A DNA stretch of 64,000 nt from assembly GCF_026988655.1 (NCBI RefSeq), contig NZ_JALSKT010000074.1, positions 20,000-83,999 on the forward strand, read 5' to 3'. Shown piece by piece: positions 39,199-48,672 of this stretch. How positions within the stretch are numbered: the first letter of the stretch is position 1; every line of letters starts with the position of its first letter. Under the pieces are notes generated by a model. The model was not told the origin of the DNA. It ran no database searches and saw only the letters and a program-made list of their open reading frames with translations. The position numbers and the translations under genes are program-made. This DNA is from Sulfurimonas sp. Its GTDB lineage: Bacteria > Campylobacterota > Campylobacteria > Campylobacterales > Sulfurimonadaceae.

Positions 39199-39978
39199 TT
39201 AGAGTTCTAAAAAGTGTAGTTTTCTCTCTTTAAAATAGGCACATCGCGTATAGCCAACCTCTTTAATTAATTTCATCACTTGATCATTGTAGAGTCCGAC
39301 TTGTTCGGGCTTGTGTGCATCTGAAGAGAGCGTGATAGGGATACCGAGCCTAAAGGCTTCTTGAAGTAATTCTTGTGAAGGGTAAGCTTCAGCGACTGGC
39401 TTTCTGTATCCTGCTACATTTATCTCTATGACCATTCCAGCCTCTTTGATGGCAAGAAGAGCATTTTTTGCGATGATTTTGATATCTTTTGTTGGCATAA
39501 ATTTAAAAACTTTGATAAGGTCTAAATGCCCGACAATATCAAAAAGCCTACTCTTTGCCATTGCTTCTATGGCATTAAAATATTTTTGCCAGATTTCATT
39601 AATGTCTTCATGCTCATATCTACCGATAAACTCAGGGTTGTCAAAGCCCCATTCTTCTATAAAATGCACCGAACCAATGAGATAGTCAACTACTGCGTTT
39701 AGTACTCTCTCATCCATGTGTCCAGGAAGAAAATCGACCTCATATCCAAGTAAAATTTCTATTTTATCTTGATATTTTGTTTTTGCATCGAGAACATCTT
39801 GCTCATACTGCTGCATATCTTCAAATTTCATGCGATACTCAGGATCAAAATCCATAGGTGCATGGTCAGAAAAACCAAACACTTTTGTACCTTGTTTTAT
39901 AGCTGCGTTTATGTACTCATCTATTGAGCCCTCGGCATGATTACAAAGAGGTGTATGGTTGTGTAAATCTACTATCAT
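39199..39978 (-). CDS. PHP-family histidinol-phosphatase (HisJ/HisK type)
   Basis: MIVDLHNHTPLCNHA, GFSDHAP, GSVHF, and the SSDAH metal-binding motifs of PHP phosphoesterases. Confidence 0.8.
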   Translation of the reverse strand: MIVDLHNHTPLCNHAEGSIDEYINAAIKQGTKVFGFSDHAPMDFDPEYRMKFEDMQQYEQDVLDAKTKYQDKIEILLGYEVDFLPGHMDERVLNAVVDYLIGSVHFIEEWGFDNPEFIGRYEHEDINEIWQKYFNAIEAMAKSRLFDIVGHLDLIKVFKFMPTKDIKIIAKNALLAIKEAGMVIEINVAGYRKPVAEAYPSQELLQEAFRLGIPITLSSDAHKPEQVGLYNDQVMKLIKEVGYTRCAYFKERKLHFLEL

Positions 39979-40030
39979 ATTTTTTCTCGTATTAGATATT
40001 TTATGCTATTATAGTGAAAATTAATAAATT

Positions 40031-40298
40031 AAGTGCCTGACAAGAATAAATGACAAAATTCAATGAGAAAAGAAGCTATAAGATGTGAGGCAAAAATACG
40101 CAGGAGCTACTAGTAGCTTCAAGTGTTTTTAACGAAGCAGATTGTAGCTTATTTTCTCACCCGTAGGGCAAACTTTAAAAGGATTATCTTTAGCGTTAAA
40201 CTTCATTCAACGATACTAGTATCGCCAAATAAAGTTTGCCTTGAATCTAAACCTTTTAAAGCTTGTTGAATATGTTGTTTATTTTTGTCAGGCACTTA
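40031..40298. mobile_element. MITE-like structured intergenic element A (about 268 bp) with imperfect terminal inverted repeats AAGTGCCTGACAAGAATAAATGACA / TTGTTTATTTTTGTCAGGCACTT
   Basis: The termini are the same sequence that forms the solo hairpin at 48673-48717. An internal core of about 60 nt (AGATGTG..GGAGCTACTAGTAGCTTCAAGTG..TTTTAACG.AGCAG) is shared, in inverted orientation, with element B. Contains two ACTAGT-centred palindromes (40103-40120, 40211-40224). No ORF. Confidence 0.55.
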
Positions 40299-40319
40299 TT
40301 CAATTTTGGAGAACATTAC

Positions 40320-41060
40320 ATGACTCAAGAAGAACTTGACGCACTTATGAGCGGTGGGATAGAGATGGATGATGAAGTATCAGAAGATGAAACGCTAGAG
40401 GGTGATGAACTTCTTGAGAGTGAAGAGTCTGAGGCTGGAGATACTCTTGCTGAAGATGAGAGTGCTGTGCAAACAGTAACAGAGGATGACGATAAAGATG
40501 ATTTAGCTGCAAGTATAGAAGCAGCAGAGCTTCCTTTGCCGGCAACTGATGAAAATAAAATGGTGCATCAGTTAGATGATGTGACCAAAGAGAGTGAAGA
40601 AAAAGCGAGTGAAATTTTTGACATTATTGAGGGAATTAGCTCTGATTTGATGGAAAAGGAAGAGACTCTTAATGCAATTGTAGAGGTATTGAACTCCAAC
40701 GTAGCATTATTTAAAAAGTTACTTGCAAAATTTCCTGATATAGAAACTTTTCAAACGCAGCTCGAAGCAAATGAAAAAGCACTTGTAGGTGCAAGTACAA
40801 CGATGGAGTCTTTGCAAAATAGTGGTGATGCCATCATGAATGTTATGGACATTATGCAGTATCAAGATATTCATAGACAAAAAATTGAAAGGGTTGTGAA
40901 TGTTATGCGTTCACTTTCTCGTTATATGAGTACGCTTTTTGAAGGTAAAATAGAGGATGAAAAACGTGTATCATCTGCAAAACATATTGTGGGTGATACA
41001 AGTACAGATGTGGCTTCGACAGATGATATTGAAGCTTTATTAGAAAAATTTGGACAATAA
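40320..41060 (+). CDS. cheZ: CheZ-like chemotaxis phosphatase with long acidic N-terminal region
   Basis: ATG 40320 follows GGAGA. C-terminal YQDIHRQKIERV carries a CheZ-type DxxxQ catalytic motif. Adjacent to a U32 peptidase, as CheZ(HP) is in H. pylori (from memory). The track's longer ORF runs into element A. Confidence 0.6.
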   Translation: MTQEELDALMSGGIEMDDEVSEDETLEGDELLESEESEAGDTLAEDESAVQTVTEDDDKDDLAASIEAAELPLPATDENKMVHQLDDVTKESEEKASEIFDIIEGISSDLMEKEETLNAIVEVLNSNVALFKKLLAKFPDIETFQTQLEANEKALVGASTTMESLQNSGDAIMNVMDIMQYQDIHRQKIERVVNVMRSLSRYMSTLFEGKIEDEKRVSSAKHIVGDTSTDVASTDDIEALLEKFGQ

Positions 41061-42334
41061 TGAATACGAAAAAAGTAGAACTACTTTCTCCTGCGGGAAC
41101 TTTAGAAAAATTAAAAATCGCACTTGATTTTGGTGCTGATGCAGTATATGGTGGAGTGAGTCATTTTTCGCTTAGAATTCGCTCTGGAAAAGAGTTTAGT
41201 TTTGAAGACTTTGAAGAGGGAATAAAATACGCACATGAGAGAGGGAAAAAAGTCTATGCTACTATAAATGGTTTTCCTTTTAACTCACAACTCAATCTCT
41301 TAAAAAAACATATCATAAAGATGGGTGAACTGAAGCCTGATGCTTTTATAGTTGCAACTCCGGGTGTGTTGAAACTTTGTCATGATTTGGTTCCTGATAT
41401 GCCACTGCACCTTTCAACTCAGGCAAATGTGATGAATGTACTTGATGCACAAATATATCATGAAATGGGTGCAACGCGTATCATTACAGCTCGTGAAATT
41501 TCTTTACGTGATTTACAAGAGATAAAAGAGGTATTGCCTGATTTGGAGCTTGAAGTTTTTGTTCATGGCTCTATGTGTTTTGCTTATAGCGGACGTTGTC
41601 TTATTTCAACCCTGCAAAGTGGTCGTGTACCAAATCGTGGGAGTTGTGCAAATGATTGTCGATTTCCTTATGAAATATATGCAGCCAATCCTGAAACAGG
41701 TACACTCTTTAAGCTTGAAGAGGATGAGGGTGTTGGGACATATATCATGAATTCAAAAGATTTGAATCTTGCTTCACATATTAAAGAGATTTTAGATAGT
41801 GGTGCTGTTGATTCTATCAAGATAGAAGGGCGTACAAAAACAGCCTATTATGCAGCTACTACAGCAAAAGCATATAGAATGGCGATAGATGATTATTATG
41901 AAGATAGAGTTGATAGTGATAGGTACCAATATGAACTTCAATCACTACAAAACCGTGGCTATACAGATGCTTATCTTGTATCTCGTCCATTTGAAAAGCA
42001 TGATACCCAAAGTCTTGATTTTTCTATGCAATATGGAACACATCAAGTAAGCGGTGTCGTAAACCCAGAAGGAACACATTTTTTATGTAAATATAAAACA
42101 GTCCCGGGTGATGAGATGGAAGTTGTGTTCCCTCTTGGGAGTGAAGTAGCAGTGGTAGATAATGAAATAGGCTCTACGTATGAAAAAGATGGTAAATTTT
42201 TTATGAAACTCAAACAGATTAAAGCAGAAAATGGAAAAATTTGGGATGAGGTTCATAGTGGAAATGTAAACCCGATAGAACTGCCAACAACATTCCCTGC
42301 GTTTACATTTTTTAGAGTTCCAATAAACGCGTAA
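41060..42334 (+). CDS. Peptidase U32 family protein (PrtC/RlhA/TrhP-like)
   Basis: ATAATG overlap with cheZ. Has the E..SPAG...L..A...GADAVY N-terminus, FVHGSMCFAYSGRCLIS, and a C-terminal beta-barrel domain. Confidence 0.85.
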   Translation: MNTKKVELLSPAGTLEKLKIALDFGADAVYGGVSHFSLRIRSGKEFSFEDFEEGIKYAHERGKKVYATINGFPFNSQLNLLKKHIIKMGELKPDAFIVATPGVLKLCHDLVPDMPLHLSTQANVMNVLDAQIYHEMGATRIITAREISLRDLQEIKEVLPDLELEVFVHGSMCFAYSGRCLISTLQSGRVPNRGSCANDCRFPYEIYAANPETGTLFKLEEDEGVGTYIMNSKDLNLASHIKEILDSGAVDSIKIEGRTKTAYYAATTAKAYRMAIDDYYEDRVDSDRYQYELQSLQNRGYTDAYLVSRPFEKHDTQSLDFSMQYGTHQVSGVVNPEGTHFLCKYKTVPGDEMEVVFPLGSEVAVVDNEIGSTYEKDGKFFMKLKQIKAENGKIWDEVHSGNVNPIELPTTFPAFTFFRVPINA

Positions 42335-42359
42335 ATAAATTAAACAATAAAGGTAAAAA

Positions 42360-42857
42360 ATGAAATTTGTATCAATTATAATAGGTTCAAAAAGTGACTA
42401 TGAAGTAATGAAGTCGTGTTCAGACACACTTGAAGTTTTTGGTGTTAGTTATGAGATGATAATCTCTTCAGCACACCGTTCACCTGAGCGTACAAAAGAG
42501 TATATAGCAACAGCTGAGAAAAAAGGAGCGCAGGTCTTTATCGCTGCGGCTGGTATGGCTGCTCATTTAGCAGGTGTTCTCTCTTCTAAAACGATTAAAC
42601 CTATCATTGGTGTTCCTATGTCTGCTTCTGCACTTAGCGGTATAGATGCCTTACTCTCAACTGTTCAAATGCCGGCTGGAATGCCTGTTGCAACTGTTGC
42701 TATAGGAAAAGCTGGAGCGATTAACTCTGCATATTTAGCAATGCAAATACTTGCACTTGATAATGAAGAGTTAACTATCAAACTTCAAGAAGATCGCATA
42801 GCAAAAGCAAAAAAAGTCGAAATGGATTCTTTAGAAATAGAAACAATGATCAAGTAA
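42360..42857 (+). CDS. purE: N5-carboxyaminoimidazole ribonucleotide mutase
   Basis: IIGSKSD, SAHRSP, AAGMAAHLAGV, GVPM: class I PurE motifs. Confidence 0.95.
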   Translation: MKFVSIIIGSKSDYEVMKSCSDTLEVFGVSYEMIISSAHRSPERTKEYIATAEKKGAQVFIAAAGMAAHLAGVLSSKTIKPIIGVPMSASALSGIDALLSTVQMPAGMPVATVAIGKAGAINSAYLAMQILALDNEELTIKLQEDRIAKAKKVEMDSLEIETMIK

Positions 42858-42863
42858 GTAGCT

Positions 42864-43134
42864 AAAGGGCACCTCTAAAAACCCTAATATCTCTCAAAGC
42901 CAAAAAGAGGGGTAAGATTGTGCAAAAGATTTTTTGAAGCGTAGCCAAAGCTACAGTGATAAAAATTTTTGTGCAAGATTGCTCCTCTCTTTGGCTCCCG
43001 AAGGGCAATATAGCAGATGCACTACTGCTGCGTTAAAACCACTTGAAGCTACTAGTAGCTCCTTCGTAGTTTTGCCTTGCATTAGCACATCTGCTATAAT
43101 GTTGAGAAATATTAGGGTTTTTAGAAGTGCCCTA
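42864..43134. mobile_element. MITE-like structured intergenic element B (about 271 bp) with 32-bp terminal inverted repeats (2 mismatches)
   Basis: Left end AAGGGCACCTCTAAAAACCCTAATATCTCTCAA, right end TTGAGAAATATTAGGGTTTTTAGAAGTGCCCTA. The internal core (43030-43095) matches the reverse complement of the element A core, including the GAAGCTACTAGTAGCTCC palindrome (43045-43062). The two track ORFs here (72 and 70 aa) are mutually antisense and are not credible genes. Confidence 0.55.
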
Positions 43135-43148
43135 AAAGGAGAGCGTGT

Positions 43149-43622
43149 ATGAAATGGATGCAAGAAGACGAATACGCAGAGTTAACTGGCTTGGACATCT
43201 CATCTATAGATGATTTAATAAAACGAGGAAAATTAACTGTAAAAGTTGAAGATGGAGTGCGTTATATTGACCCTTCAAAAGGGGCAACTGAAACGGTTGT
43301 TCCGGTTAAACTTCAAGAACTTGCTAAAAATAATACACATGAAATGATGGTACAACCTGAATTTGTTGAAAAAACAATAGGTACTATTATCAATCTTCAT
43401 GAAAAAGTTTTAGATGCTAAAGACGAAACATTAGAAGCAGTGCGAGTTGAAAATGAATTTCTCCGTGAAGCTTTAGGTTCACTGCAAGAACTTTATGATG
43501 AAGATAGAAAAACTATACATACCCTACAAGAACAACTCAAACTCTCACAACAAGAAGTGGAATTTATGCGACGTAAGTATAAACTTATGTGGAATAAAGC
43601 CATAGATGATCATGCAAACTAG
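43149..43622 (+). CDS. Small HTH (excisionase/MerR-like) plus coiled-coil protein
   Basis: AAGGAG RBS. N-terminal EYAELTGLDISSIDDLIKRGKL..V..DGVRYI resembles a winged-HTH. The C-terminal half shows a heptad-rich coiled-coil pattern. Confidence 0.5.
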   Translation: MKWMQEDEYAELTGLDISSIDDLIKRGKLTVKVEDGVRYIDPSKGATETVVPVKLQELAKNNTHEMMVQPEFVEKTIGTIINLHEKVLDAKDETLEAVRVENEFLREALGSLQELYDEDRKTIHTLQEQLKLSQQEVEFMRRKYKLMWNKAIDDHAN

Positions 43623-44480
43623 ATGAATATTGCAAATGAATGTGTTGGTTGTATCGTCAATCAAAGTTTAAAAGTCGCTGATGCAATCCATGCTGATAAT
43701 GAACTAAAAGATAAGCTTTTCTCTACTGTTGAGCATTTGAGTAAAGATTTTTCTTATGCTAACACCCCTCCTGAAATTGCTGCTGATGTATATGAAATAA
43801 TGGCAGAAATTGCCAACAAGCAAGATCTCTACGATGAGGTTAAGGAACTCTCTACAAAAAAAGCGCAATCTTTTCTTCCTTTTTTACAAGAGAAACTCAA
43901 GAATTCAGATAAGAAACTTCTAACAGCTACTAAAATTGCCGTTGCTGGGAATGTTATAGATTTAGCAGCACAGGTTGCTTTTAGTTTGGATGAGGAACTT
44001 TCAAAAGTTTTTCATACAGAGTTTTCTCATGATGATTTTGGTGCATTAGAAGAGATGCTATCAAACGCAGCTAAAGTTGTCATATTGGGCGATAATGTTG
44101 GTGAACATATATTTGATTATCTGTTTATTCAAACACTCAAAGAACTCTATCCAAACGTAGTATACACATATATGGTTCGAGGAAAACCAATCATTAATGA
44201 TGTAACAATGAAAGAAGCAAAAGAGGCTGGTTTTGATAAGCTTTGTAATTTTGTTGATAGTGGGGTAAACACTCCTGGATTTGCGTATAACCGTGCAAGT
44301 AAAGAGGCTCAAATTTTATTTGATGAAGCTGATCTTGTTATCAGTAAAGGCATGGGAAATTATGAATCTTTAAGCCCAACGCATAGGGATAAAGTTTGTT
44401 TTTTGTTAAAAGTAAAATGTAATGTAGTAGCTAACTCTTTAGGTAGAGAAGTTGGCGATATCATTTGTAAGGTAGTGTAG
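43623..44480 (+). CDS. DUF89/ARMT1-like damage-control phosphatase family protein
   Basis: N-terminal C.GC, DNVGEHIFD and SKGMGNYESL motifs typical of DUF89 metal-dependent phosphatases. Confidence 0.7.
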   Translation: MNIANECVGCIVNQSLKVADAIHADNELKDKLFSTVEHLSKDFSYANTPPEIAADVYEIMAEIANKQDLYDEVKELSTKKAQSFLPFLQEKLKNSDKKLLTATKIAVAGNVIDLAAQVAFSLDEELSKVFHTEFSHDDFGALEEMLSNAAKVVILGDNVGEHIFDYLFIQTLKELYPNVVYTYMVRGKPIINDVTMKEAKEAGFDKLCNFVDSGVNTPGFAYNRASKEAQILFDEADLVISKGMGNYESLSPTHRDKVCFLLKVKCNVVANSLGREVGDIICKVV

Positions 44481-45284
44481 ATGCAGTTAAAAATTTTTAT
44501 AATATTGGTTTTGCTTGTTATTCATCTTAGTGCAAAAGAAGAGGGCAGTAGATATTCTGTTGGGCTAGTGGGTATGAGTATGGATTATCGTGAATATGAT
44601 GATAATAATCAAATACTCGATAGTGAAAAATCTGATTTGTCTGGAATTATTGGAGTTGAACTTGGGATGGATTATATTGTTAATACAAGTGCGCAAGATT
44701 ATTCACAAGTTGGCTTACATTTGACTACATTATGGGGAACTACAGAGTATGTAGGCGCATTATTAAATAATGGCGGTGGTTATGGTAGTGTGGTTAGTAG
44801 CAGCGTCAATACGATATTGGATGTAGAGGGTGAGTATTTATATGGAGTAAGAATTGCTAATAATTTTGATGCCATAGCAGGTGGATCTGTTGGATACAGA
44901 AGTTGGAGAAGAGAGTTGTCCTCTTACCAAGTAGAAGTTTATAGCTGGGCTTATCTCAACCCTGAAATTGGACTGGATTTTACTGCTACACGGGATATTT
45001 CACTGCGTTTACTATTGGGGTATAAATATGGATTGAGTCCAATTATGACAGCAACAGGCATTAAAGATAACTTTGAACTTGGTTCGGCTGATACTTTTCA
45101 TCTTAGTTTGAATTCACAATTTAATATAGACGAAACTACATCTTTATTTATAGAGTATCTCTATGAAAACCAAGTGATTACAAAATCAAATATTGTGTAC
45201 AGTAGTGATGGTACTGGTTATCTTGAACCAGATAGTAATGCAAACAACCAATATCTTAAGTTTGGAGTTGCGTTTAAATACTAA
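44481..45284 (+). CDS. Outer-membrane beta-barrel protein (unknown function)
   Basis: Signal peptide (LLVIHLSA/KE), amphipathic beta-strand periodicity, C-terminal YLKFGVAFKY aromatic terminus. Confidence 0.55.
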   Translation: MQLKIFIILVLLVIHLSAKEEGSRYSVGLVGMSMDYREYDDNNQILDSEKSDLSGIIGVELGMDYIVNTSAQDYSQVGLHLTTLWGTTEYVGALLNNGGGYGSVVSSSVNTILDVEGEYLYGVRIANNFDAIAGGSVGYRSWRRELSSYQVEVYSWAYLNPEIGLDFTATRDISLRLLLGYKYGLSPIMTATGIKDNFELGSADTFHLSLNSQFNIDETTSLFIEYLYENQVITKSNIVYSSDGTGYLEPDSNANNQYLKFGVAFKY

Positions 45285-45338
45285 AAAAGTGTAGTTAGCT
45301 ATAATTGCACAATTACTTTATGAGGACAGAGAAGAAAA

Positions 45339-46223
45339 ATGATTACTTTTAGCGAGATGTTACTAAAACTACAAGAATTTTGGATGAAACAAGGATGTAA
45401 TATCGTACAGCCTTATGACATTCCAGCGGGTGCAGGTACTTTTCACCCTGCTACTTTTCTTCGTTCACTTGATTCTACACCTTGGGCAACAGCTTATGTC
45501 GCACCTTCTCGCCGTCCTACAGATGGAAGATATGGAGAAAATCCAAATAGACTTGGTTCATACTATCAGTTTCAAGCACTGATAAAACCATCTCCAGATA
45601 ACATTCAAGAACTCTATTTACAATCTTTAGAGTATCTGGGTCTTGATGTATCAAAACATGATATTCGTTTTATAGAAGACAACTGGGAATCTCCAACACT
45701 TGGTGCTTGGGGACTTGGCTGGGAAGTATGGCTCAATGGTATGGAAGTAACGCAGTTTACTTACTTTCAACAAGTTGGTGGTATTGAGTGTGATCCGGTT
45801 GCAGTTGAGATTACATACGGAACTGAAAGACTTGCGATGTACCTTCAAGGTGTTGATACTGTTTTTGATATTGTTTGGAATGAAGATAAAGATGGAAATA
45901 AAACACTCTATAAAGACGTGCATAAAGAGAGTGAGATAGAGTTCTCTAAGTACAATTTTGAAGTGGCAGATACTCAAATGCTTTTTGCTGACTTTAATGC
46001 AAAAAGTACAGAGTGCTTACGAACACTAGAAGCAGGATTGCCACTACCAGCATATGATTTATGTATGATGGCTTCAAATACTTTTAATGTTCTTGATGCA
46101 AGAAAAGCTATCTCACAAACAGAAAGACAAAACTATATCCTAAAAATTCGTGAACTCTCAAAAGGCTGTGCTGAACTTTATAAAGCACAAGAAGCTGATA
46201 GAATAAAAAGAGTACAAGGATAA
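45339..46223 (+). CDS. glyQ: Glycine--tRNA ligase alpha subunit
   Basis: FWMKQGC.IVQPYD...[27 protein letters not shown]. Confidence 0.95.
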   Translation: MITFSEMLLKLQEFWMKQGCNIVQPYDIPAGAGTFHPATFLRSLDSTPWATAYVAPSRRPTDGRYGENPNRLGSYYQFQALIKPSPDNIQELYLQSLEYLGLDVSKHDIRFIEDNWESPTLGAWGLGWEVWLNGMEVTQFTYFQQVGGIECDPVAVEITYGTERLAMYLQGVDTVFDIVWNEDKDGNKTLYKDVHKESEIEFSKYNFEVADTQMLFADFNAKSTECLRTLEAGLPLPAYDLCMMASNTFNVLDARKAISQTERQNYILKIRELSKGCAELYKAQEADRIKRVQG

Positions 46224-46224
46224 T

Positions 46225-46257
46225 ACTTTTTATATTGCATTTTGCAATATAAAAAGT
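46225..46257. repeat. Perfect 15-bp-arm palindrome (ACTTTTTATATTGCA ttt TGCAATATAAAAAGT)
   Basis: Read directly from the sequence. Sits between the glyQ stop and the recG start. Confidence 0.8.
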
Positions 46258-46309
46258 AAATTTTCATTCTCTAGTGTATAGTTATTCAAATGAACTGCAC
46301 GAGGGGATT

Positions 46310-48103
46310 ATGAATTTATCTAAAGATACACAAGCAAAGTTTAAAAAACTCGGTATTAATTCTTATATAGAGTTAGCTTTACTCCTTCCTCACTCTTATG
46401 AAGATTTACAACTTCATGAAGAACTCCTTCCTCAAAAACCACAACTGCTCGATGCAACGGTTGAGTCTGTTTTTCGTGCTCCAAACTCTATTCAAATAAC
46501 TTTTTTTGCACATAATCTTGGCTATACAGTTCAAGGAGTGCTTTTTCGTCCTAAGCCTTACATGCTCCATCAGTATAAAGTGGGAGACAGAGATTATTAT
46601 TATGGCATGATTGATTGTAAACAGGGACACTGCTCTATGAGTATGCCTAAAAAAGTTAGTAAAATAGGGAAGATAACACCAAAATATAAAACAGCACTCA
46701 GAACAGATGTTATGCTGCGTTTAGTAGAAAGTGTTTTAACAAAAGAGCATCTCTTGGGCGAAGGATTGAAAGAAGATGTCGTAGATGCCTTACTAAATTT
46801 GCATTTTCCAAAAAATATAAGTGTTGTAAACAAAGAGTTGGATGAAAAAACGCTTTATGCTTTGAAATATACTGAGTTATTTTCTTATATGCGGCTTTTA
46901 GCAGGCAAACGACGCTATTTTAAGGCAATATCTTCAAAGGTTAATGATTATATTCCATGGAGTGAAACTTTACCATTTAAGCTAACACAAGAGCAGCTAA
47001 ACGCAGTAGATGATATTCAAAGAGATTTAAGTAAGAGTGTTGCAGCCAAACGTATGATAGTGGGTGATGTTGGAAGTGGTAAAACGATGGTCATTCTTGC
47101 AGCTGCATATATGTCACTGCCGCAGCGTTCTATCTTAATGGCACCAACAACGATACTCGCAAATCAGCTTTTTGAGGAGGCCGAGAAGTTTTTACCCAAG
47201 GCTAAAATTATTTTAGTGACAAATAAAACCAAAAAATCTGATTTGAGTGCTTATGATTTTATCATTGGAACGCATGCTCTTTTATACAGAGAACTTCCCC
47301 AAGCTTCTTTAGTCATGGTGGATGAACAACATCGTTTTGGAACCTTGCAAAGAAATATGCTTGAAAAACTCGTCAGTGAGGGTGAACAAAGACCACATTA
47401 CCTACAATTTTCAGCAACACCTATTCCACGAACTCAGGCGATGATTGAGAGCGCACACATTGATGTTAGTCTGATTACTTCTACTCCTTTTACGAAAGAT
47501 ATAGATTCCAAAGTGATTCATAAATCTGATTTTAAAGATTTACTAACGAAGATAAAAGATGAGATACAAAAGAATAATCAAGTATTGTTAGTATATCCTT
47601 TAGTGACACAAAGTGAGGTGCTTGATTATCAAAGCATAGATGAAGCACGAGCGTACTGGGAAAAGAATTTTGCTAATGTGTATGTGACACATGGAAAAGA
47701 TAAAGATAAAGAGCAGGTATTATTGGACTTTCGGGATAAGGGAGATATTTTAATATCTACAACCGTTGTAGAAGTGGGTATATCCTTACCTCGTTTGACA
47801 ACAGTAGTCATAGTAGGCGCAGAAAGATTAGGTCTCTCATCTTTGCATCAATTACGCGGTCGTGTGAGTAGAACAGGTTTAAAGGGGTATTGTTATCTCT
47901 ATACAAATCAAAACAAATCCCAACGTTTAGATGAGTTTGTAAATACGACGAGTGGTTTTGACATCGCGAATCTTGATTTGAAGTTTAGAAAAAGTGGCGA
48001 TTTGTTAAAAGGTTTAAGTCAGAGCGGAAGTCAATTTATCTGGGTTGATTTTGCTGAAGATGAAAAGATAGTTAAAGAAGTAAAAAATGATTTAGGTGTG
48101 TAA
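46310..48103 (+). CDS. recG: ATP-dependent DNA helicase RecG
   Basis: Wedge-domain N-terminus, helicase motifs GDVGSGKT, DEQHRFG and QLRGRVSR. ATG 46310 (after GAGGGG) preferred over GTG 46274. Confidence 0.9.
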   Translation: MNLSKDTQAKFKKLGINSYIELALLLPHSYEDLQLHEELLPQKPQLLDATVESVFRAPNSIQITFFAHNLGYTVQGVLFRPKPYMLHQYKVGDRDYYYGMIDCKQGHCSMSMPKKVSKIGKITPKYKTALRTDVMLRLVESVLTKEHLLGEGLKEDVVDALLNLHFPKNISVVNKELDEKTLYALKYTELFSYMRLLAGKRRYFKAISSKVNDYIPWSETLPFKLTQEQLNAVDDIQRDLSKSVAAKRMIVGDVGSGKTMVILAAAYMSLPQRSILMAPTTILANQLFEEAEKFLPKAKIILVTNKTKKSDLSAYDFIIGTHALLYRELPQASLVMVDEQHRFGTLQRNMLEKLVSEGEQRPHYLQFSATPIPRTQAMIESAHIDVSLITSTPFTKDIDSKVIHKSDFKDLLTKIKDEIQKNNQVLLVYPLVTQSEVLDYQSIDEARAYWEKNFANVYVTHGKDKDKEQVLLDFRDKGDILISTTVVEVGISLPRLTTVVIVGAERLGLSSLHQLRGRVSRTGLKGYCYLYTNQNKSQRLDEFVNTTSGFDIANLDLKFRKSGDLLKGLSQSGSQFIWVDFAEDEKIVKEVKNDLGV

Positions 48104-48113
48104 ACCCGGACTA

Positions 48114-48647
48114 TTAATATAGTCCGAATTTACCATCATTTCTTTTGTAGAGAACACGCGTTTTATTTTCATTGTCAAGAAAAATCTCGAACATTTTACC
48201 GCTCTCTTTTAAGTCTTCTAAAACATCTTCTACTTCACGAGGTTTGTAAAGGTCAAGTTCAACGGGGATAATCTCATCCTCAATCTCTTGCGCTGCTTCT
48301 TTAACATCAACAGTTTCCGCTTTTGCCTCATTTAAACCAACTTTTTGATGGTCTGTCACTTTATCATGTAAACGACGAAGTGCTTTTTGTGCTCTGTTTG
48401 TAGCTAAGTCTATAGCTGCATACATATCTTGATCATTTTGTTTTATTACAATAGTATTTTTATGTGCTAAATTAATAACGAACTCAACTACAAAATGCTC
48501 TTTGCCTTTTTTTGTTTGTGATGATACTATAACATTTGTCGAAATAATATCAAGATTAAATTTTCTAAGTGTTTCAATAGAAGCTGAAATATGCTCTTTG
48601 ATAGCATCAGTAAGTTCTAAATTTCTTCCTGTCATACTAATATTCAT
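48114..48647 (-). CDS. hpf: Ribosome hibernation promoting factor (long HPF)
   Basis: MNISMTGRNLELTDAIKEHI (RaiA/HPF N-domain) plus a C-terminal dimerisation domain (177 aa). Confidence 0.9.
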   Translation of the reverse strand: MNISMTGRNLELTDAIKEHISASIETLRKFNLDIISTNVIVSSQTKKGKEHFVVEFVINLAHKNTIVIKQNDQDMYAAIDLATNRAQKALRRLHDKVTDHQKVGLNEAKAETVDVKEAAQEIEDEIIPVELDLYKPREVEDVLEDLKESGKMFEIFLDNENKTRVLYKRNDGKFGLY

Positions 48648-48672
48648 GTTAAATCCTTTTTTGTTCTAATGT

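Noticed and set aside
40263-40319. N-terminal extension of the cheZ-like ORF (track start 40263, MLNMLFIFVRHLFNFGEHY...).
   Set aside because: The extension is encoded by the right terminal repeat of element A. ATG 40320 has a GGAGA RBS and begins the acidic domain.
42934-43163. Two mutually antisense ORFs (72 aa on the plus strand, 70 aa on the minus strand) between purE and the 43149 gene.
   Set aside because: They exist only because the region is a long inverted-repeat element (element B). No RBS and no protein-like features. I interpret the region as a non-coding structured repeat.
46225-46257. Considered calling the glyQ-recG palindrome a rho-independent terminator.
   Set aside because: A-runs rather than T-runs follow the stem on both strands. 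I kept it as a repeat of unknown role.
48107-48126. 8-bp-stem hairpin (CGGACTAT taat ATAGTCCG) between convergent recG and hpf, considered as a terminator.
   Set aside because: The stem is short, it overlaps the hpf stop codon, and there is no flanking T-run. It is too weak to call.
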